This document shows positions 56,881 to 64,000 of a stretch of DNA of 64,000 bases, piece after piece. How positions within the stretch are numbered: the stretch's first letter is position 1; each line of letters starts with the position of its first letter. A program made the translations under genes and the position numbers. Source of the stretch: a virus (lineage: Duplodnaviria; Caudoviricetes); the IMG/VR virus record IMGVR_UViG_3300033066_002329, positions 1-64,000 of that record. One strand, given 5' to 3'. The notes beneath the pieces are model-generated. The model did not search any database, was not told where the DNA came from, and saw nothing but the letters and a program-made list of their open reading frames with translations.

Positions 56881-57456
56881 TTATATATTATATATGAACA
56901 ATGCAGAATACTCTTTTTTTGAATTAAATTCTTTAATCTGTTTCATATACATACCATATGATAAATTTTTTTGCATATTGTTATCTAAAACAACTTTATA
57001 AGTTTCACCAATAATTCCCATTATTTTTTGCGTTTTTAGAGAATTTAATTCTTTTTTTTCTTCTTCATTAAACTCTCTAAAATATTCACTATCTCTAATT
57101 ATACTTAAGATTTCACTTGAAACAAAGATAGTGTTTATTTTTTTACCACTTCTATACATATGAACATTTGATAGTTGTGAAACACTTTTAATAAAAGTTG
57201 CGTTCCATTCCTTTTGGTTTCCATGAAAATTTGATTTATTTTTAAAACCATTATAATCCCATGATGCAGTACAAGGCAAAACAAACTCCTTAATATCTTC
57301 CCCCAATTCTGCAACTTCATCCTCAGCTAATATGTCATTATCATATTTTTTAAATATCTTTGTATATACTTTGTTTTTTTTAATATCATAATTTAGAGTT
57401 GATATTGTTTTCATTGTTTTCATTGTTTTCATTGTTTTTAAATTATTAATAAACAA
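56881..57456 (-). CDS. hypothetical protein inside fractured clpC locus
   Basis: ORF. Confidence 0.55.
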   Translation of the reverse strand: MFINNLKTMKTMKTMKTISTLNYDIKKNKVYTKIFKKYDNDILAEDEVAELGEDIKEFVLPCTASWDYNGFKNKSNFHGNQKEWNATFIKSVSQLSNVHMYRSGKKINTIFVSSEILSIIRDSEYFREFNEEEKKELNSLKTQKIMGIIGETYKVVLDNNMQKNLSYGMYMKQIKEFNSKKEYSALFIYNI

Positions 57457-57466
57457 ATATACATTT

Positions 57467-58999
57467 TTATTTAATTATTTCCAAAAATTTTAGGCATTTA
57501 TCTACAACTTCTTGTTTATTGTTTTTATATTCATTTTCACTCACATGTAAAACTTCATATCCACAACTTTTTATAGATATATCTCGCCTTTCTTCTCTTT
57601 TTTTATTTTCTGGATTCAATCTGTGATAATAAGTACCATCAAATTCGATTATTTTTTTATCTTCTAACACGAAAAAATCTGGTAATACAACTTTATCATC
57701 CAGACTCAATCTATATTCATTGTTTTTATCCTCAATCTCTTTTTCTTTTATCTCTTGGTTTAATGTAGCAAAAAACACCTGCCTCTTAAGTTTATAGCAC
57801 AAAGGCATCTCTTTGTAAATCTCCCAAAATAATTTCTGTGATATTTTTGAGTAATTATTTCTCTTGTAATTTTTTAGCCACTTTTCCTGTCTATCTCTCC
57901 ATCTTTTTTCTCCATCTTCTTTTCCATGATTTTCAATACACTTTTCTAAAGAAAATGTAGACTGTCTTTCTCTTAATTTTTCTTTTGCATCTTCTTCTGA
58001 GTGACCGTTGTTTATCCAATACCCAATTTGTGTTTGTGTCACAGCTGAATATGCGCCAGGATTTTCTTCTCTTTTTTTTGTAAACTTAATTGAGTTACTT
58101 TTTTGTAACTCTCTCACCTTGTATTTTGACTCGACTTCTGAAAACCCTTTCTTTGTCCAAAATTCTTCTTGAGTAGGAGATAAACATATTTCATCAATTT
58201 CCAAATCAGAATATCCATATTTTTTAAGATTTTCTTTTGTTGGTATGAATGGATTTATTCTTTTTTTAGAATTTTCAGATTGTATTTTAAATATTTCTTT
58301 TTTTGCGTCTTCCTCAGAATATCCTTTTTTCATCCAACTTTCAATAGATAAGGTGTTTTTTTCTTTAATTTTCTTTGCTATATTTCCAATCATCTTAATA
58401 GCAACATCATTCGGCAAAAAAGATAAATATTTATCATTTTTTTTCATGTTATGCGTTTTACAGTCATTAGACGAACATCCAATTATTTTATAATAAAATT
58501 TATCAGATATATTATTTATATTAACTCTTTTTAAAATTAAATCGCTATTACACTCATTGCAAATAGGTTTATTTTTTGAATAAAATATTCCAGATATAAA
58601 TCTAAATTCTTTTTCTGAACCATTTACAATTAACACATTCTTGTCCTTATTATGTATATTCCTTGTATTAGACTGCTTTATTGCTCTTTCTGATTTATCT
58701 TTCTGTATTATGTTATTTGATTCATCATTGCTCCAACCACGTTCAATCCAGAACTCTTTTTTTGTTACATTTTTATACTTAAAACTAAATCCTCTATGTA
58801 AATTTCTTGTTAGTCTTGTATATTGAATAACTTCATCTGTTATGGAAAAAAAACTATAGGCCTGTTTTATTTTATCTTCTATAATTTTACTATCAAATTT
58901 AAGAGAAGAATAATTTATTTTTAAATATTCAATAAACGAATCAACTGTTGGAAACAATATTACAAACTCTTTTCTTTTTCTTTCATGCACTATTAACAT
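57467..58999 (-). CDS. free-standing endonuclease (W..KGYSEE.A repeats + PD-(D/E)XK) inside fractured clpC locus
   Basis: Repeats; LPDFFV...IIEFDGTYYH. Confidence 0.75.
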   Translation of the reverse strand: MLIVHERKRKEFVILFPTVDSFIEYLKINYSSLKFDSKIIEDKIKQAYSFFSITDEVIQYTRLTRNLHRGFSFKYKNVTKKEFWIERGWSNDESNNIIQKDKSERAIKQSNTRNIHNKDKNVLIVNGSEKEFRFISGIFYSKNKPICNECNSDLILKRVNINNISDKFYYKIIGCSSNDCKTHNMKKNDKYLSFLPNDVAIKMIGNIAKKIKEKNTLSIESWMKKGYSEEDAKKEIFKIQSENSKKRINPFIPTKENLKKYGYSDLEIDEICLSPTQEEFWTKKGFSEVESKYKVRELQKSNSIKFTKKREENPGAYSAVTQTQIGYWINNGHSEEDAKEKLRERQSTFSLEKCIENHGKEDGEKRWRDRQEKWLKNYKRNNYSKISQKLFWEIYKEMPLCYKLKRQVFFATLNQEIKEKEIEDKNNEYRLSLDDKVVLPDFFVLEDKKIIEFDGTYYHRLNPENKKREERRDISIKSCGYEVLHVSENEYKNNKQEVVDKCLKFLEIIK

Positions 59000-59092
59000 A
59001 TTTTTTTAATTTTATTATAAATAGTAATTAAAAAATACTTAAACCAACAAATAGAAACTAAAAAGTGGGTTGAAGTGGGTTAGGAAAACGAT

Positions 59093-60439
59093 TTATAATC
59101 TTTTTTTCAACTCATCTATACTAATAGACTCAATCACTCCAGTAGACTTTCGCCTTGTAACTATTTGACTATCAGAACAAAAACATTTACCTACACCAGT
59201 TGAACCCAAAAATAAAAATGAAGCAATAGGCTTATTAGGGTCTTGGACTCCTATTCTTGACCTTTGAATTGCATCCGTAATTTTAGTTATTGCTTCATCT
59301 TGACCTATAATTCTTTCTTTTAAATAAGAATCTAATTGAAGTAGTTTTTCATTTTCAGAATCTGTCAATTTATTAAGAGGAATTCCCGTTTGTTTAGAAA
59401 TTATTTTTGCTACATCTTCAACAGTTACTTGAATTTTAATTTCTTTAGATTTCTTATGCCAGCTAATATTCTCTTCTTCAATTTTGATATTAATATCTCT
59501 AATTGAGTCTCTGAATTTTGCCGCAGATTCATAATTTTGTTGACGTGCTGCTTCTTTCTTTTTTAATTCAGCTTCTTTTAATTCTAATTCTAATTTTTTG
59601 ATTTCTTCTGAAACAAATACATTTGATAATTTAACCCTTGAACCTACTTCATCCATTAAATCAATTGCTTTATCTGGAAAGTTTCTATAAGTAATATATC
59701 TATCTGCTAATTCAACACATTTTTCAAGTATTTCATCTGAAAATACTACGCCATGATATTCTTCATATTTATCACTAATTTGTTTTAATATACTTACGGT
59801 TTCTTCTTTGGTTGGTATATTAACATATACTTTTTGAAATCGTCTTTCAAGAGCGCTATCTGTCTCTATTACTTTCTTATATTCATCAACAGTAGTTGCT
59901 CCAATACATCTCATATCTCCTCTTGCAAGAGCAGGTTTAATAATATTTGCAGCATCCATAGAACCAGAAGCTCCACCAGCACCAATTACATTATGTAATT
60001 CATCAATAAAAAGAATAATATCTGGATTATTTTGAACTTCTTTAATAATCTCTTCCATTCTTTGTTCGAATTCTCCACGATATTTAGTTCCTGATACAAC
60101 AGAAGTAATATTTAACTCAATAATTCTTTTATTGAATAACCATCTATCAATTTGCTTATTGTGTATTCTAATTGCTAAACCTTCAACTATAGCTGTTTTA
60201 CCAACGCCTGGTTCTCCAATTAAAATAGGATTGTTTTTTTTCTTCTTATTTAAGATTTGAATAGTTTGGTCTATTTCATCTTCTCTGCCTATTACAGGGC
60301 TTAAAGTTCCCTTAGCTGCTAACACTGTTAAGTCCTTGCCAAAATTGTCCAAAAAAGGAGTGCTTGTCTTAGTCTTTTTGATTTTATCAATACTTGACCC
60401 TTCATCTTCTTCTGGGCCGAATGCTCTATTTTTGTCCAT
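59093..60439 (-). CDS. clpC: N-terminal half of ClpC-like ATPase (AAA1 + coiled coil) fused to 30-aa N-intein
   Basis: GEPGVGKT; FIDELH; GATT; ends GSTGVGK then CFCSDSQIV...KKRL*. Confidence 0.9.
   Translation of the reverse strand: MDKNRAFGPEEDEGSSIDKIKKTKTSTPFLDNFGKDLTVLAAKGTLSPVIGREDEIDQTIQILNKKKKNNPILIGEPGVGKTAIVEGLAIRIHNKQIDRWLFNKRIIELNITSVVSGTKYRGEFEQRMEEIIKEVQNNPDIILFIDELHNVIGAGGASGSMDAANIIKPALARGDMRCIGATTVDEYKKVIETDSALERRFQKVYVNIPTKEETVSILKQISDKYEEYHGVVFSDEILEKCVELADRYITYRNFPDKAIDLMDEVGSRVKLSNVFVSEEIKKLELELKEAELKKKEAARQQNYESAAKFRDSIRDINIKIEEENISWHKKSKEIKIQVTVEDVAKIISKQTGIPLNKLTDSENEKLLQLDSYLKERIIGQDEAITKITDAIQRSRIGVQDPNKPIASFLFLGSTGVGKCFCSDSQIVTRRKSTGVIESISIDELKKRL
59096..59185 (-). 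mobile_element. N-intein (30 aa) of atypically split intein
   Basis: Begins Cys-Phe immediately after Walker A GK; block-A-like CFCSDSQIV. Confidence 0.8.
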
Positions 60440-60495
60440 ATTTTTATTTCTTTTTTTAAATATAATTGTTAAAACTTAAAAAACCAAAAAATTAA

Positions 60496-60690
60496 TTAAC
60501 TCTTTGGCTTAAGCTCTATAAAATAAATATTATTATTTTTTTTGTCTGCAGATATAGATAATACATCAAATTTATTAACAGAATAAGCAGCTCTAACCTT
60601 ATCCCATATAGCATCGAATCCCTCTTTCTCTATTTCTCTGGAAGTAACTGATATTACTATCTTTTCCAGAGTTCTTTGTATAAACTCCAT
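60496..60690 (-). CDS. hypothetical protein
   Basis: ORF. Confidence 0.5.
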   Translation of the reverse strand: MEFIQRTLEKIVISVTSREIEKEGFDAIWDKVRAAYSVNKFDVLSISADKKNNNIYFIELKPKS

Positions 60691-61021
60691 AATATAAATT
60701 ATATATTATAAATAATAATATAATTCTTTTAAATATCAATGTTTATAAGTGTTTTAAAAAAAATAAATAAAAAAAATCCGAGAAAAAATCTCGGATTTAT
60801 ATTAACTGTTTATTTTTTTCTGAAATCTTTTTAGAATCTTTATCTTTAAATTAATCTCTGAAAAATTTTCTTGATTAATTCTTAATTCTATATTATCTGA
60901 TTTTGCAGCGGATGAAGGATTATTTTCAATAAAAGACTGAATTATATTTCTTTTTTTATTTTCTAATAAATATATTTTCTTTTTAACGCATAAGCGTTTT
61001 ATTAGTTTGTGTATTTTATTT

Positions 61022-61927
61022 TTATAAACCATATTTTACATTCAATCTTTTTAACTCAGCAAATAACTGCATTGTTATTTCAAAAGTATCCGAACTTGAA
61101 GCATCTAAATTAGATAAAAATAAAGTCCATTCAGCTATAAATTCACTATAAGAAGAAATGTTTTTATCTAAATTTTCAATGTATTCGAATACTGTTTTAG
61201 TTAAATAGTCGTCAAATATAATTTTTTTACCTTTTAATGCAAATTCTTTTTCAGAATAAAATTTTAAAGTTTCTGAAGAATCTAAAATTTCATAATATAA
61301 TTTAACAAGTTTACCCATTCTGTTTTTTGTAGTCTCAATGGTTCTTGTATTTCTCTTTTCATCAAATACCATATGAACATGAGCATCTGAATCAAATTTT
61401 AAAAAACTTGCTCCTTCAAAGTCACCATCTTTAGTAAGTTGCCCAATTAAAATAACAACACCACCAGTTCTATCTTTCCATTCTGTTAAAACATCATAAA
61501 TATGTCTCATAGCAGCTTCTCTTGTCATTCCTTCTTTTACGAAGTCAACAGCAATTCTTTGAATAGAATCTAAGATTAAAATTTTAACATCTCCACGCTC
61601 TTCAATCATTTTCATAAATAAATTAAAATGAGGAAAGTCTTTGCTATCAGCAATAAAAGCATTTTTATGAGTAATTTCTAAACGTAAAGTTTGTTTTTTT
61701 ACCAAAGAACTTAACATCTCTCTTGAGTAAAAAGCTGAAACATGGTCTGAAATAAGAGATTGTATTTTTTTACAAAGAGTTGTTTTACCAGCCCCTGAAG
61801 TACCAGTTAAAAATATTAAATTAGCCCATTCAATACCACCTTGTGTAGAAAATAAGTTGTCTAATTTTTCATCTCCAGTTCTTACTGCTGCTACTGAGGA
61901 TAATTCAACGTCTTGATAATTTTTCAT
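61022..61927 (-). CDS. RadA/Sms-like P-loop ATPase
   Basis: TGDEKLDNLF..GGI; GTSGAGKTT; ILDSIQ; KNRMG. Confidence 0.75.
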   Translation of the reverse strand: MKNYQDVELSSVAAVRTGDEKLDNLFSTQGGIEWANLIFLTGTSGAGKTTLCKKIQSLISDHVSAFYSREMLSSLVKKQTLRLEITHKNAFIADSKDFPHFNLFMKMIEERGDVKILILDSIQRIAVDFVKEGMTREAAMRHIYDVLTEWKDRTGGVVILIGQLTKDGDFEGASFLKFDSDAHVHMVFDEKRNTRTIETTKNRMGKLVKLYYEILDSSETLKFYSEKEFALKGKKIIFDDYLTKTVFEYIENLDKNISSYSEFIAEWTLFLSNLDASSSDTFEITMQLFAELKRLNVKYGL

Positions 61928-61994
61928 TTTCTTTGTTTTTGTTTCTAAATTATTATACGTTTACAATTTAGAAAGGTTTCAAAAAAAATGAAAA

Positions 61995-63332
61995 TTATGA
62001 TAATAAGGAAATTATATTTTTTGCATCTTGATAAGATTTAGCCAAATATCTTCTCTGGCCTGTCTCTTTAGACATATGAGTTATCTTAAAAAGATTGCAA
62101 ATTGTTAAAAAATCTAATACTTCCTTTTCTTTATATTGAATTCCTTCTTTAGTTAATTCACTTAATAGAGTTGGATAAGACATTAAATCATCACCAACTT
62201 GCAAAGTCCCCTTATTAAATAAAACTTCTAAAAAAGAAATATAACTTGAGTTTTTCTCAATTCCCTGAGCCTTTAGTTCTTCTAACGATGATTTTGGAAT
62301 TTCAACTTTTATTTCTTTCACATCTTCTTTAACAGGTATAAACTCGCCTGAATTATCGGCTATATATTTCATTACTTCTTCTTTATTTGAAGTATCTACT
62401 ACAACTTCTGATATAGGCTCAATTGCAGCTTCAACTTCTTTTGAAATATCCTCTTTGGCTTCTATCAAAACATCGCCTAAAGATTCTGCTGTGTTATTTG
62501 GCTCAGGCTCCTTTTTATTATCTACATTTTTCTTAAATTCTTTTTCTATAGAAAGATTGGTTGCAATTACAAGAGATACAGCTAATGGGTCAAAAACAAA
62601 TATTAATAATAAAATAAAAAAATTAACAACAGAATCCATATCTTTACCTGTTAATTTAGCTATATATCTTAAAGGTCCTACTTCACTATTAATGTCATTA
62701 TTTTTTAAATCAATAACTTCAAGGTCTAAACTTGAAATCTCTGAATATTTTCTTTGTATCTGAGCTGTTAGTGTATCTACTTCTACAGTAGTCATTGATA
62801 TTTCTTTAGTTGATTGCTCTATTTGAGTTTCTACTCTTTTTGCCGCTGCAGTTTGTCTTCTATTATATAAACTATCTACTCTAGCTTCTTGTTTTGTTCT
62901 TAAATCTACAAGTGATTGAACTCTATTGCTTTTTAATTTTTTATTTTCTTCCAATCTTGTTATCTCTGAGTTTATAATAGTTTTTTTCTTATCAACTAAT
63001 TCAACCTGAGAATCTACATTTTGAAGTTTATTAGATGTTACAGAATAAGCATTTGAAAGGAAGCCATAAATACCAAGGCTTGTAATAATCATTACAGTTA
63101 TTACACCCAACGTTAAATAAGTTTTCATTTGCCATTTAAGGTCATTCCAATATCTATGTAAGAATGATGCTGTAACTAATTTAGCAAATTCTAAAGCAGA
63201 TGCCATAATGATAACTTCTGTCTTAGCTCCACCAAATAATTTTGATAAACCTGTAACTGAAAAAAAAGCTGCTGCGCCAGCTAATGATAATGCAGATAAA
63301 GCTATTAGTAATGGAAATATATATTTTTTCAT
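61995..63332 (-). CDS. membrane-anchored coiled-coil protein
   Basis: N-terminal TM helices; GPLRY...IFVFDPLAV. Confidence 0.65.
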   Translation of the reverse strand: MKKYIFPLLIALSALSLAGAAAFFSVTGLSKLFGGAKTEVIIMASALEFAKLVTASFLHRYWNDLKWQMKTYLTLGVITVMIITSLGIYGFLSNAYSVTSNKLQNVDSQVELVDKKKTIINSEITRLEENKKLKSNRVQSLVDLRTKQEARVDSLYNRRQTAAAKRVETQIEQSTKEISMTTVEVDTLTAQIQRKYSEISSLDLEVIDLKNNDINSEVGPLRYIAKLTGKDMDSVVNFFILLLIFVFDPLAVSLVIATNLSIEKEFKKNVDNKKEPEPNNTAESLGDVLIEAKEDISKEVEAAIEPISEVVVDTSNKEEVMKYIADNSGEFIPVKEDVKEIKVEIPKSSLEELKAQGIEKNSSYISFLEVLFNKGTLQVGDDLMSYPTLLSELTKEGIQYKEKEVLDFLTICNLFKITHMSKETGQRRYLAKSYQDAKNIISLLS

Positions 63333-63368
63333 AAGTGAAAAATAATAATTTATTTGTAAAAAATCAAA

Positions 63369-63830
63369 TTACTTTTCACCTGGTTCTAAATCACTATGAT
63401 TATTATCTCCAATTCCATGAGCTTTTTTAAATTTTTTTATTAAGCCCTGTAAATAAGAAGTAGGTCTTCCTTGAGTTTTAGAGTTTGGTCTAAGGTCTTC
63501 TAAGTGTTTTTTCGTCCACTTATTAACTTCCCCATCATCATTTATATAATCATCATAATTGTAATACCAAGTGTCTTTATACCATAAGTATAAAGGATGT
63601 TGTTCTCCATAAGAATAAGCTACATACATTTCACCTAAATCTCCAAGGTCTTCACCATAAGTATGAGAACCAACAAAATTTTGTCTATTATTTACACTTT
63701 CTGCAGCTTCTTTATTTGTAATTCTTTCCTCATCCAAGATTTGTTCATCCATCATACCTTGAAATTCCTGTATAATAGATTCTGCTATCTCAAAAGATTC
63801 TTTAATTATTTTATTGATGTTGATATTCAT
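63369..63830 (-). CDS. hypothetical protein with INKIIKES motif
   Basis: ORF; TATTTAT upstream. Confidence 0.6.
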   Translation of the reverse strand: MNININKIIKESFEIAESIIQEFQGMMDEQILDEERITNKEAAESVNNRQNFVGSHTYGEDLGDLGEMYVAYSYGEQHPLYLWYKDTWYYNYDDYINDDGEVNKWTKKHLEDLRPNSKTQGRPTSYLQGLIKKFKKAHGIGDNNHSDLEPGEK

Positions 63831-63907
63831 GTAAATTTTATTATAAATATCCTAAAAAACAAAAAACCCTCTAAAATTAGAGGGTTTTTTAATTGTTTTA
63901 TTTCAAA

Positions 63908-64000
63908 TTAGAATGGTAAATCATCCATTGCTTCACTTGAAAAAGAATTGTTTGCAAATGCACCAGCTGGTGTATTTGCATAAGCCTCAGCTTGCTTAGA
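63908..64000 (-). CDS. 3-prime end of a gene with acidic DDLPF tail (SSB-like C-terminus)
   Basis: ...AMDDLPF*; truncated by window edge. Confidence 0.45.
   Translation of the reverse strand, partial: SKQAEAYANTPAGAFANNSFSSEAMDDLPF

Noticed and set aside
57407-57437. 9-nt tandem repeat encoding MKT x3
   Set aside because: Simple slippage in low-complexity sequence near a start codon; no functional evidence
60802-61032. 76-aa ORF overlapping terminator region and end of RadA-like gene
   Set aside because: Very AT-rich, overlapping and motif-free; probably spurious
1-64000. Genome-wide UGA=Trp recoding (code 4)
   Set aside because: Long genes are intact under code 11 and the Trp codons I read are TGG; only the release factor showed in-frame TGA; no tRNA with UCA anticodon found in the window
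1-64000. CRISPR array, rRNA or tmRNA
   Set aside because: No regularly spaced repeats with unique spacers, no rRNA signature sequences, and no tmRNA ends with tag ORF recognised

Overview
AT-rich (about 27-30% GC by eye) segment of what is most likely a very large (jumbo or mega) phage of a Bacteroidota host; repeated TTTG-N20/21-TAnnTTTG promoters point to that host group. No capsid or tail genes lie in the window. It holds two large minus-strand tRNA operons (about 17.0-23.0 kb: Pro/Asp/Tyr/Ala/Gly/Met; about 39.4-42.9 kb: Ser/Arg/Trp plus TrpRS and an RNA-repair-type HAD), seven stand-alone homing-type endonucleases, an ABC/OmpA/Ppx-like/PspA-like operon, Ro60 (TROVE), PrsW and a RadA-like ATPase. 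Many genes share an N-terminal LRKxIRExxE motif and encode ADP-ribosyltransferase-like or other effector domains. Main discovery: each tRNA operon is preceded by a promoter, a short unannotated leader peptide whose codons match the tRNAs downstream (MPAAMPMNGGAGYAPADY and RWSWRSSSSSSR), an antiterminator segment and a rho-independent terminator, which is the architecture of ribosome-stalling attenuators that would sense the tRNA pool. Related translation-surveillance features: an RF1-like release factor with two in-frame UGA codons; three YrlA-like Y RNAs plus a Y-like leader positioned to attenuate the Ro60 gene; a ~0.9 kb structured ncRNA (GOLLD-like candidate); a topologically rearranged tRNA-Arg; and a ClpC gene fractured by an atypically split intein (30-aa N-part). 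All assignments are from manual reading; no searches or folding programs were run.
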